Below are positions 50,259 through 60,893 of a DNA stretch of 64,000 nucleotides, in pieces. The DNA is from Sphaerodactylus townsendi. Lineage: Eukaryota. Below the pieces are notes generated by a model, which saw only the letters and a program-made list of their open reading frames with translations, did no database searches and had not been told where the DNA came from. The position numbers and the translations under genes were made by a program. Location of the stretch: NCBI RefSeq assembly GCF_021028975.2, contig NC_059437.1, positions 32,798,001 to 32,862,000 of the forward strand, written 5' to 3'. Every line of letters begins with the position of its first letter. Positions within the stretch are counted from its first letter, which is position 1.

Positions 50259-51148
50259 GTCCCTGGTTGGTCTGGAATCTCGACTACCGCCTGGAAATCC
50301 AGCCACAAGTGGAGCACCTGGTGAGGGCCACTCTGGTCTATTCTAGGACTATGTCCTTGGCTCAAGGCCAGTTCTTGTGCACAGCTGAGCTGCTGTCTAG
50401 CAAAGATGTCCTGCTGAGGACCACCCTGAGCCTCACTTTGCCACAGGTTAGCAAGAGAAATGCTACCACCTTTTCGGGCAAAGACAGCTGGGTGGAGATG
50501 GATCTTTCTACGTACCTTCAGCCGTGGGTCTGGGCTGCCCAGAACAGCCAAGTTCTCCATGTGAGTCATGCATGTACCTTTGTGGGGCAGCCTTGGGGCT
50601 CCACCCCTGATCCTGCCTGGGAGGACACAGTGTCCCTAAATGACCCCTTCTTGTTACTTTACCTCAATGACACATTGAGTGGACTTTGGACCAGGCTAGG
50701 GGGCTCAGGCTCAGGGGAGGGGCCCTTTGAAGAGAAGCACCTCAAAGGGCCTGTTCAGATGCGCAGAGCCCGCCAGGCGGGCAATCTTGCCCTCGACCTC
50801 CCCAGCTACCTTCGAACGAACCGCGCTAAGAAGAGGGACTGTTCCCTCCACCGCTTCCGTGTCAGCTTTCAGCAGCTGGGCTGGGACCACTGGATCATCG
50901 CGCCACATTCCTACCAGCCCCAGTACTGCAAGGGCAATTGTCCCCGTGTCCTGCACTTTGGCTACCACTCCCCAAATCATGCCATCATTCAGAACTTCAT
51001 TAACGAGCTGGTAGACAAGAGTGTCCCGCCTCCCTCCTGCGTCCCTTACGAGTACAGTCCAATCAGCATCCTCATGATGGAACAGAATGGAACCATCCTT
51101 TACAAAGTGTACGAGGACATGATTGCAAAATCCTGCACTTGTCGGTAA
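50259..51148 (+). CDS. BMP15: BMP15 exon 2 (prodomain, RRAR site, 124-aa mature TGF-beta domain from 50774)
   Basis: CAG| acceptor in phase 1; PFLLLYLND; CSLHRFRVSFQQLGWDHWIIAP, YCKGNC, SPNHAIIQN, PPSCVP (Ser replaces the dimerisation Cys, as in BMP15/GDF9), NGT sequon, MIAKSCTCR-stop. Confidence 0.97.
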
Positions 51149-51340
51149 ATCTCTCTGGAGGAAGCAGGTTGTGTAGGTGATGCTGGTCCCCCTTGTGTGG
51201 CATTCCTGGAGACTCTCTGCCTCCAATCTGTGTGCAAGGATGACTTGACATGGTTTCTAGCTGGATTGCACTGCATACATTTAAATATCTATTTATTGAC
51301 TCTTGCATTTTCTGACAGCTGCATCAAGAGAGGGTGCTAG

Positions 51341-51351
51341 TTTTTAATAAA
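51341..51351 (+). terminator. BMP15 poly(A) hexamer overlapped by a CPE (TTTTTAATAAA)
   Basis: AATAAA at 51346-51351, about 200 nt after the stop. Further AATAAA at 52063 and 52223. Confidence 0.7.
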
Positions 51352-53767
51352 TGTGGTTACTTTTTTCATCTGGATCCCAACACCCTCCTTTCCCAGTGAT
51401 ATGATGAGCATGCAGTTTCACTGGACTGTTTTACAAATTGATTTTTATACACATGTGGGCAAACTATTGTCTTTTTTTTCTTTTTAAAGAAAGAGCCGAG
51501 TTGTGGACTACATAAATTCCTTAATCCTGCCAGCAGTCTGAAGAAAGCATGGCCAGCTTTGCCATGGGGATGGGGAGGATGCTGCAGATAGGTGACTGTC
51601 TGCCTGGTCTCTGGAGATTTGTTTGCTGCCCCTTGAATGTCCTAAAAGCAAACTTCTCTGCCTTTTGAGTGCACTGAATGAATCATGCCTTCTTTCTTCC
51701 TGGGAAGCTGTGTATTTCTCTCCTTTGGAACTGGGGACAGGAAATCACTGCTTGCTTGTGGGTCTAGAATGTTTGGATTTGTGTTACCTCTTTTGCCCCA
51801 GGAGTGCTTTGGAAGCAGCTGGTCTGTTCGGAAGGGAAACAAAACACCACTTTTGCAAACACTGTCTGGAACGGGTTGGGTGGGTAAGGAATGAACTCTC
51901 CTTGGGGAATTCCCACGAGCTGTCCCACTATCTTCTTATGTCCTATGATGCTAGTGTCTTTAGACTAATTCTTGATGTCACTGCTGTATCACTTCCTTCA
52001 TGCTTCTCCCCCTTCTTCCTCTTGGACTGACTGCCAGTCACAGCCGGTGTCCTCACTGTATGAATAAAGTCACACTAATGTCCTCTGCAAAACTTGAACA
52101 GTGTCAACCAGGGGAGTGCTGAAGGCTTTTTTTTTTTAAGTATCTCTGGGGAGAAGAGGGAAAAGGTTGTTGAGCAAATCCTTTCTCTCTGGAACTGGAA
52201 AGTTTGAAGTCTCTTCCTAGAGAATAAAAAACAGAATGTCTGAATATTTTAAGTGGAAATTGGATGTGGCCCGAGGGATGGCTGCCAAGTGGTCCATGGG
52301 CTGGCAAAAAATCTCTTTAGTTCCTAGCTAGCTCTGCCTAAGAAGAGCAGCCACTTCAGCTGTCCCTGGTAGATGTGAGTGGAAGCTGCTGTTTAGAATC
52401 TATTGTACCCCTGTTTTAAAGCACCTTGCTGACATTTGCATTTCTGTTGGCACAATGCTGGGGGATCTGGGATTCCCTCTAACACAGCCTCTGAAACACT
52501 TCTTTTTTTCCCTGTAGGCTGCCTGGGACATCTTGTTTGGCCTCAAACCCTTTAACCTTCCTCCTCCTCCTGAAAAACACTGTAGCCTGCCCTGATCTGA
52601 ATCAATAGTCAATAAGCTGGGAGTATCTTTCTCTTTACTGCCTGGTCTATTTAAAATGAGATTATGTAAATAAATTTGGTTTCTTTTGCTAAAGTGGATT
52701 GTAGTGTATTCTTATTCCTTAGCCCGATTGCAGTGAGGAAAGAAACCATAGCTGGGAGTGGAGAGGAAGAAGATAGAAAAGCTGGGTTCAATCTTGTCAC
52801 CTTATGAAACAGCTGAATAAATCTAACTAGCAAGACACTGGCTACTGGTGTATTACTCCTGATTGAAAGTGGGGCGGGGGTGGGGGGGGGGAAGGACTGG
52901 GGTTGGACTGTTTGGCCACTTTCTGCAGGCTGCAGTTGAAACTGTGGGGATAACTCCAGGGTTTTGTGTGTATGTATTAAGTGCTGTCAAGTCACAAGGA
53001 TCAGACGAAAAGAAGAGGTGGAAGTGTGTTTGGACTATTGTGTGATCGTGTGAATATGTGCATGAATGTGCAGAAACCCGGAAGGTCTGTTTACTGAAGC
53101 ATCAGATTCTAAGCTGTGGTTGTGAAGGTACAGGAAGGGTACTTCCATACACAAGGTTGCAGGCAGTTGTGCTTGTAATGATCTTAAAATGCATTGGCCA
53201 GAATGCTTACTTGCATTGCAAATGGCCCTTCAAGCTTTCTTGGTCTGAACCACCTTCTGTCTGAAATGTTTGGACTGAACCCCAAATGTTGTATAAAAGA
53301 GGGAGTTCATTCCTGGCATTAGAGGCTGGAGGACCTATTGCAGTTTGCCAGCAAAGGGCTCACAGGCATGCTACTTGGCTGGATGCAGGGCTGTCTTCCT
53401 AGAAAAGGTCCAGCATGGCCAGTGTCCTGGGCAAAGTTTTCCCAGGCCAGGATGGAATGTCAACAGGCCTCAGCCCTGACCTGGGCAGACCTCCAGCTCT
53501 GATGTACTTGCACAGCACAAGGTCTCAAGCCTGGACAGGCAGCGTCACATGAGTGTCAAACCATCGTTCCTGCTTAGCGCTCTTAGAATGCTACAGCAGC
53601 GCAAAGAGTTTGTTTATATAGGCATGCACACCGGTTGCTAGGTGAACTTCCCCTACAGAGGCTAGGTAATCTACCTGCTGCTTGTTTATGGCCTCCTTTC
53701 ACGTGGAATGTTCCTCTAGACATCACATAGAGTTGGTTGGATTTAGTAGGAGGAAGTGGTGAAGTAG

Positions 53768-53811
53768 CTTCCTTCCTTCCTTCCCTCCCTCCCTCCCTCC
53801 CTCCCTCCCTC
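53768..53811. repeat. (CCTT)n(CCCT)n microsatellite
   Basis: Directly visible. Confidence 0.9.
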
Positions 53812-53961
53812 TGCTGTTTGTCCTGTTAACCTGTTAGGATCAATTTGCAGAACTGGGTGGGGAGAAGTGCTCAATTGTGCATTTTGTTCGTGAATGGCCT
53901 CTTGTCCTAAGATTTCTGGTCCAGAAAGGCTGTTGGAGAAATGTGAAGGGAACCATTAGAG

Positions 53962-54076
53962 CAGGGGTGTCCAACTCTGGCGCTTCAGATGCTCATGGAC
54001 TACAATTTCCATCAGCCCCTGCTGGCATGGAATTGTAGTCCATGAACAGCTGAAGCGCCATAGTTGGACACCCCTG
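53962..54076. mobile_element. palindromic hAT MITE
   Basis: CAGGGGTGTCCAAC...GTTGGACACCCCTG; exact TSD CATTAGAG. Confidence 0.88.
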
Positions 54077-54295
54077 CATTAGAGGGATTCTGAAAGTGCT
54101 GTTCATCAGGCCCCAATATATTTTAAACTGCCTGCCACTTTCTTAATGAGCTCATTTCCTCTCCCTGCCCCACACCTCTAATGGAGTTTAATTAGCTGCT
54201 CAGATGGGCATTAAGCTTCTGTTTCACTTAGATGGGAGAAGTGACAATTACTCCACTTTTCCTGATTTCCAATATATCCCAAAGCATTCACATTA

Positions 54296-54467
54296 AGATT
54301 GCCAGCTAAATTCCTGGAGGTTGGGGGTAGGGGTCTCCGTGTGTTGTAATGCCCTAGAATCCACTCTCCAAAGCAGCTGTTTTCTCCAGGTGAACCGATC
54401 TCTACAGCCTAGAGATCAGTTACAATTCTTGGACATCTCTAGGCCCCACTTCGAATTTGGTAACCCT
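54296..54467. mobile_element. AGGGTTGCCA-type MITE (diverged)
   Basis: Similarity to 48652-48860. Confidence 0.6.
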
Positions 54468-54901
54468 AATTCACATTGGCGGGGCAGAGGTTGCAGCGTT
54501 GGTCATAACTCAGGCCATAACTTCTGGCTCTATGTGCTTGGCATCAAGAGAATCATGCTGGGGAAAGCGCTTACCATTCCCAGAGCCTTTGATCGCTCCT
54601 CATGGGTGGTTCTGCCTGGGAATTGGGGGAAGAGTGGGAGGGATGAGTAAATAGACCAGCCTGCAGAATTAGATGGCTGGGCACATACTAGTTAATCATT
54701 CAGCCGAGTTCACTGACTCATTTAGAACAGAGATGATGCAATGCAAGACCAGCTCCAGAGGGATGGCAAAGACTCTGTTGCCCCAATAACCTCTCTTGCT
54801 GTGCTTGGGATGCTCAACAAGGCTGCAGGTGACACAAAAGAAGAGTTTTCACACCCTGAGGAGTCCTCACTTTTTGAGTTGCCTCTTTGGCAATTACCAT
54901 T

Positions 54902-55199
54902 GAGAACCAGTGTGGGGTAGTGGCTAAGAGCAGGTGCACTCTAATCTGGAGAACCAGGTTTGATTCCCTGCTCTGTCACCTGAGCTGTGGAGGCTTATCT
55001 GGTGAACCAGATCAGCTTATGCACTCCAACACATGCCAGCTGGTTGACCTTGGGCTAGTCGCAGTTCTTCGGGCTCTCTTAGCCCCACCCACCTCACAGG
55101 TGTTTGTTGGGGGCGGGGGGAAGGGAAAGGAGATTGTAAAACCCTTTGAGTCTCCTTACAGGAGAGAAAGGGGGGATATAAATCCAAACTCTTTTTCTT
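54902..55199 (+). mobile_element. tRNA-derived SINE, Squam3-like
   Basis: Same family as 7987-8290. Confidence 0.85.
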
Positions 55200-55359
55200 A
55201 CATAGCCAACACTGGATGGAAAATTCCTTGGATTTAGGGATGAAGCCTTGGGAGGGTTTTGGGAGAAGAGGAACCACAGTCAATTCTCCAAAGCAGTCAT
55301 TTTTTTTCCACAGGAAGGTTGTCTTCTAGAGTCTCCTAGCTCTGGTGTTCAGGGGTTTA

Positions 55360-55545
55360 CTGCTCCTGGATATGAAGGTTCCCTGTCATCATTATGACTA
55401 GTAGCCACTGAGAAACCTATTCTCTGTGACTCTGACTAGTCCTCTTTGGAAGCTATCTGTGCTAGTGGCCAGCACGGAGCCCACTGGCAGTGAATTCCAC
55501 AATTTAATGATTAACTGAGTGAAGAAGTACCTCCTTTTGTCTGCT
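55360..55545 (-). mobile_element. CR1 LINE 3' fragment
   Basis: GGCAGTGAATTCCACAATTTAAT...GTGAAGAAGTAC.TCCTTTTGTC resembles the reverse complement of the CR1 ORF2 end. Confidence 0.55.
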
Positions 55546-55702
55546 GTGAATATATGCAACATGTCATGACAAACTGGCTAATGATCACTTGACTAATATG
55601 TATAATTTTTACAATAGGAAAGGAGGAAGGTCTGGTGCTTGAACTTTCTTCACTGATAGCTCATCTAGCCCAAACTTCTGGACCAAGTGAGTTGCCCTAA
55701 GC

Positions 55703-55850
55703 CAGGGGTAGGGAACCTGCGGCTCTCCAGATGTTCAGGAACTACAATTCCCATCAGCCTCTGTCAGCATGGCCAATTGGCCATGCTGGTAGGGGCTGAT
55801 GGGAATTGTAGTTCCTGAACATCTGGAGAGCCGCAGGTTCCCTACCCCTG
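55703..55850. mobile_element. young, near-perfect palindromic hAT MITE
   Basis: 148-bp hairpin; exact TSD CCCTAAGC (55695-55702, 55851-55858). Confidence 0.92.
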
Positions 55851-55857
55851 CCCTAAG

Positions 55858-56043
55858 CAGTGGTTCTCAACCTTCCTAATGCCGTGACCCTTTAATACAG
55901 TTCCTCATGTTGTGGTGACCCCCAACCCTAACATTTATCCATTTTACAGATGGAGAACACTGATGCAGAGAGTCTTAGAAGACCCCTGTGAAAGGGTCAT
56001 TCGACCCCCAAAGGGGTCCTGAACCCCAGGTTGAGAACCACTG
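55858..56043. mobile_element. non-autonomous SPIN (URR1-like) hAT element
   Basis: CAGTGGTTCTCAACCTTCCTAATGCCGTGACCCTTTAATACAGTTCCTCATGTTGTGGTGACCCCCAACC...GACCCCTGTGAAAGGGTC...AGGTTGAGAACCACTG matches recalled SPIN/URR1 ends; TIRs directly visible. Confidence 0.85.
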
Positions 56044-57361
56044 CCCTAGAGACTTTTGTTGCTGTTCATTCAGCAAGTTACTTTCTGATTTCAAGCCCTT
56101 GACTCAGATCAGACTGAATGGGGTCATTGTAAAGGTATGCATTAGGCTGAAGCATGAAAAGTGATTAACTTCTGGCTTGGAAAAGACTCCAGATCATTAG
56201 CAAGGAAATGTGACTGGAACAGCCTTATATGCACGGGAGCGAGGGCTGGGGGAGGGGGATTTGTATGTGTATGTTTAGCCAGGCTGTTTCAAGTTTAGTT
56301 CACATAAGCAAAAATGAGGGTGTAAACCTGACTTTGAGCTGAACCATAGTTGGAGGCTGATAGGAAAGGATATTTATTCCTACAAAACCAAATTTCCTTC
56401 ACATAGAAAAGTAGCCTGTTGAGAAAGGTTCGAGTTTATCCCTGGTAGACCTGCAGCTACAGTCTGAGATGCTGTAGGCCAGACCGGATGTCCATCTTTA
56501 TCTGCCATTTTTGAAAACTGGTCACATAGACAGCTGGAAGTCCTGATCATATGAACAAGTCTCTGAGCAACAACCAAAATCTGAAGACATGCATAATATT
56601 ACTTGTCACTTCCACTGTTCAAGGTACTTTACATATATCACATATGCAGTGGCCCTTTCCAAAGATTTATTCCAGCATAGCTTTCATGGGTCAGAGCTCA
56701 TTTAATCAGGAGCATTCAAGTATTCAGTCATATTAGGCAGAGGTATTTATTTCAGCACAGTGGATTTCCTCTTCATATGACTACATTTCCAATGGGCAGC
56801 TATAATCCTTACAATGGCCCTGTTATTGGACCTGTATTGCAGATGGGAAACAGGCTATGAGTGACTTGCTAATTAAGGCTACCACACAAATTGGTGGAAG
56901 AGGTGTGACTGAAACCCATTACTTTTCAGATCCCAGCTTATTCCCATATTTACTATTCTACACCTGCTCCCAGATCTGCTTTTACCAATGTGGGCCTCAA
57001 TAACCGCTGAGATATTCCTTTTTAACTCTGCAAACCTTTAATTCTTGAATATGACACTTGCTACCAGAATGGTTATTGCTCAACAGGAATTTATCCGTCT
57101 GTACCACAAACATGACTGCTTGCAAGAGGACCATGCAGAGCCCTACAACAAGTGTGCAGAATGACAGACTGAGAGTCTTGCCATGCTGGAGACCAGGCAG
57201 AGCATGATAGAGCAAGCTGTGTTCGCTGAGGAAAAAGAGGCAACTTGCAGGAAAGATACCCGAAGCACAGTTTCATCTTAGCGCCTCTCAGCTGTCCACT
57301 TGGAGCCTTGTGGATTTTACTGGGGGAGGAGAAGGGAGGCAAGTGGAGGTGGAGACAGCCC

Positions 57362-57380
57362 GAGATAAATAAAGGGCGGG
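57362..57380 (+). promoter_or_regulatory. TATA-like box and GC box of the LEAP2-like gene
   Basis: GATAAATAAAGGGCGGG about 110-120 bp upstream of the ATG. C/EBP-like TTGCTCAA at 57076-57083. Confidence 0.5.
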
Positions 57381-57482
57381 CTAGAGGACTAGCAACTCAG
57401 AAAGATTTGACTGCTGTTTTGACTTTGGGGGGTTGTAGAACACAGACATCAAGGCCAGTGACTTCAGAGGCAGCGAAGAGAC

Positions 57483-57563
57483 ATGGCTTGTGTGCTTTCC
57501 TCTGGAGCTCGGACAGCCCTAATGCTTGGGGTGCTTTTGCTCCTCTTCCTCAGTTCCCAGCAG
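57483..57563 (+). CDS. LEAP2-like prepropeptide exon 1 (signal peptide)
   Basis: gacATGG Kozak; MACVLSSGARTALMLGVLLLLFLSSQQ; perfect donor CAG|GTAAGT; phase 0. Confidence 0.85.
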
Positions 57564-58655
57564 GTAAGTCATGTCATGTCAGAGGGGTGAATTGGGAGTG
57601 GGACAAGAAGGGGGCAAAGCCAGAGTAGTAGTAGCCTTTGGCAAGACAGGCTGCACTTTGGGAGCTTCCTCTGCACCCTCTGCAGCTGCAACAACCAACC
57701 TGTGCAGAAATGGAAAGAGCCTGGCTCTGACCCCGTCCCTCTTGACCTGCTGCTCAGCTCCTTCTGTGAAGCAAATAGTTTGGCCCCCATTATTGTGATT
57801 TGTATGGGAGAAGAAGGATGCTGTTCTGAGGATTCCTGTCAGATAAGGAGGATTTATTCCCAGGGCCAGATCTTAATTTGCTGATTGAGGCAGCTTCCAC
57901 ACGGTGAGGGGTTCCAGGACTTTGTTGCTACAAATGAAGTGGCATTTGCACTGGCAATGAAGTGTCTACATGAGAATTTTGTGCATGCTTTTCTCTGTTG
58001 GGCTTGCCATTTCCCCTGTATTTCCTCCCACTGCACCACTGGAAGTCTTTGGAAGGTTTTAAAAACTATTGCTATTAAGACATAGCACAGTGCCTTTATA
58101 AAAGTCCATTGGTGTAACCCACTAGTAACTAGTTCCTCAAAAAGGGCTAGAGATTTACCTTTAAAAGAGAGAAAGAGAGCTAAGAATTCAGCGGAGCCTT
58201 CTTGATTGTGGCAAAAGATTATAACGTTATTGTGCCCTAGTGCAAGAACAGTAACTCCCAACACCCTCTGGAGGAAGGGGAGAAAGGGTAGCCATTGGAA
58301 CTGAGGCAAGGAAAATGATGCCAATATGTGTAGATCTTTCACCTTCCTGTCCAGGTGGCTTTCTTACACATTTGGACAGTGTTCTTTCTGCAAAGACTAA
58401 ACCAAATGAGGTTTGAGAAGAAATATATTGAGCACAGGGAATGCCCAGAGAGGGGATGGTTAGAGAATGCCATTGTGTGGACGCTCCCCCCACCCCTTCC
58501 CCAATCCTGTGACTTAATTAAACAGTTGCTTATTTTAATTTCTAAAAAAAAGGTATAGATTCTTTCTTGGGGTCTTACTGGAGCTCAGTCCCAGGATCAA
58601 TTTAAATAACAGGCCTAAGTTCAGGAGTATGGGAAATAATCACAAAGTGCTGTGG

Positions 58656-58656
<1 letters not shown>

Positions 58657-58720
<64 letters not shown>

Positions 58721-58733
58721 TGAATGAATGAAT
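58657..58733. repeat. compound (TG)n(AG)n(AATG)n microsatellite
   Basis: Directly visible in intron 1 of the LEAP2-like gene. Confidence 0.95.
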
Positions 58734-58814
58734 CGGGGTGGGGGTTAATAGCAAGCTGTTGAGGCACAGTTCATACCAAGAAGTTGTCACCAAGTCCATC
58801 CCTCTCTTCTGCAG

Positions 58815-59014
58815 GTGCTGGCCACGCATGCCAGAGGCCAAGCCTTCACTGGGCTGAAGCTCCACATGGCATCTGCTTCCAAGATAGCTCCTTCCAGCTG
58901 GCGCCTGCTCTTGCGTCGAACCAAGCGTTCCACTCCCTTGTGGCGGACAATGGGCAGTAAACCCTTGGGCGCCTTCTGCAAGAGAGGGCTGGAGTGTAGT
59001 ACCTACACATGCCA
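58815..59014 (+). CDS. LEAP2-like exon 2 (propeptide, RRTKR site, mature peptide from 58929)
   Basis: Polypyrimidine tract + CAG|; VLATHARG...LLLRRTKR/STPLWRTMGSKPLGAFCKRGLECSTYTC; CA|GTGAGT; 200 nt, phase 0/2. Confidence 0.92.
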
Positions 59015-59205
59015 GTGAGTATGAGGTGCCCACTTGCAGGGAGGAAAAAAAAGGGCTCGACACTGTCCAGGGCCACAGGAAAAGGATGGCAACATGGCAG
59101 CATCTTGGCCTTCAAGTACTGTGGCAGAGATCAAAAGAAGACTCAGGGAGGGAGGACGAGTGGCTACTCCCCTGCTCACATCTGTGTTGTCTGCCTCTTT
59201 CCTAG

Positions 59206-59242
59206 GAATGGGCACTGTGCAGACCCCCAGGTCAAATCCTGA
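59206..59242 (+). CDS. LEAP2-like exon 3 (fourth Cys, stop)
   Basis: TCTTTCCTAG|; (Q)NGHCADPQVKS-TGA; phase 2 matches exon 2. Confidence 0.9.
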
Positions 59243-59592
59243 AGAGGGACGTTGCAGGTCCTGGCATCCTTTCTACAGTCTCTTGTCTCTCTCAAGCATT
59301 TCAGATGGGGTGGCTCTGAAGACTGGTATGCAAGGGGCACTGGGGGCCAGGCTTGGTACATTTGGCTCCAGGGAAGAGCTTTGAACCCCACTCCCCAAAG
59401 GCACAGAGACAGTAATCAGCTAGATGGCTTGACATACTTGCCAGCAGTCTGATGAAACAAGAGGGAGCCACTGAGCCCCTTTCTATTTCCAACTGTTCCC
59501 AGGCCTGTTGCCCAGCACCCCCTCCCAAGCAGCTCTGTCTCTTCACTGGGCCAAGGTATATTTGTAGGCATTTCTCTGGACGTTTACCCACT

Positions 59593-59795
59593 AGGGGCCC
59601 AGCCATAGCTTGGGAGCAGAGCACCTGCTTGCTATGTGCAATGTTTCCAGTTCGACCCCCAGCATCCTTAGGTAAAAGATGTTGGGAAGCAGGTGTAGGA
59701 AGTGACACATTTCTGTCTGACCTTTGCCAGTCAAGGGAGACAATACTTAGCTTAGAGATATCAGTGGCTTGATTTGGTAGAAGGCAACTCTGCAT
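59593..59795 (+). mobile_element. tRNA-derived SINE (second family)
   Basis: GGGGCCCAGCCATAGCTTGG...GTTCGACCCCCAGCATCC head; similar to 43205-43410. Confidence 0.6.
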
Positions 59796-59894
59796 GTTAA
59801 TAACCTTTGCTACAAGAGGCAGATCCTTTCAGTGGTAGCATACACAACTGGTACACTTGCACCTTGTAGGTTCTGAGTGCCACAGATGGGGCTA

Positions 59895-60181
59895 GAGAGC
59901 CAGCGTGGTTTAGAGGTTAAGAGCAGGTGGATTCTAATCTGGAGAACTGGGTTTGATTCCCCACTCCACCACCTGAGTGACAGAGGCTTATCTGGTGAAC
60001 CAGATGTGTTTCCGCACTTCTACTGGGTGACCTTAGGCTAGTCACAGTTCTTTGGAACTCTCTCAGCCCCACCTGCCTCACAAGGTGCCTGTTGTGGGGA
60101 GAGGAAGGGAAAGGAGCTTGTAAACCACCTTGAGTCTCCTTACAGGAGAGAAAGGTGGGGTATAAATCCAAACTCTTCTTC
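59895..60181 (+). mobile_element. tRNA-derived SINE, Squam3-like
   Basis: Same family; TATAAATCCAAACTCTTCTTC tail. Confidence 0.85.
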
Positions 60182-60893
60182 AGTTGCCTGCCAGGACTTG
60201 GAAAGTGGGAAAGGGAACAACCCGCGAACAAGATAACCATTTTTTTCTGACACATGACTGAAGAGGAATCATTGCTTAGGCTTAAGACTCTGATCTCGCC
60301 ATTGTATGGTGCCCCACCATTGCTAGGGTCCCAAAGTGAAACAGCGTAGGAATGGAAACCAAGAGCAGAAAGCCTTTGTTGGAAAGTTTGCTAAGGGAGA
60401 TGATTCCAGAGAGTGACTCCAAAGGAAAAATGCCGCCAAGTGCAGAAAACCTCAGCCATGAATAGGTGAGTTCCCAAAATAGGAAGCCCTGTGGCCAGAG
60501 TCCCACATTTGTTCCCTGTAGAACAAATATAGCTGATTCCCAGGAGCCTGCTAGCAGAGGATCTGCTAGGTCAGTGCCCTGGAGAGATGACTCCAGTGAT
60601 AGCCTCTCTGAGCCAGGGGTGAGAACACACTGTGCAACTGGGCCAAACCACTGTGTGTGTACACAACACAAGGTCTTGCTGTGCCAGAGTGGGATGGCCT
60701 TCACATGTTAGCAGGAGCCAGGCTAAGAAGGGTAATTCATTTCCCCAAACACACCTGCTAGTGTGACAAAAAACTGCTTAAGAGAGGTGATGCTCAGCTA
60801 GGCACTAAATAGTTGCGGTTCCGTGCTTGTGTCTTTGGGGTGGAGGCTGAAGCAGAGGCCATAGTGGTGCCATGTTAAACCAATATACTGTAC

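Noticed and set aside
48263-51148. Assignment as GDF9
   Set aside because: LGWDHWIIAP, SPNHAIIQN and the YML.LY...RP.R.......RLVRP prodomain motifs are BMP15-type (GDF9 has SPVHTMVQN as recalled), and the gene is linked to SHROOM4.
56660-56712. Functional hammerhead in Neptune/Penelope-like scraps (also about 43870-43945, 62735-62780)
   Set aside because: Core CUGANGA/GAAA positions are mutated or truncated, so these are relics only.
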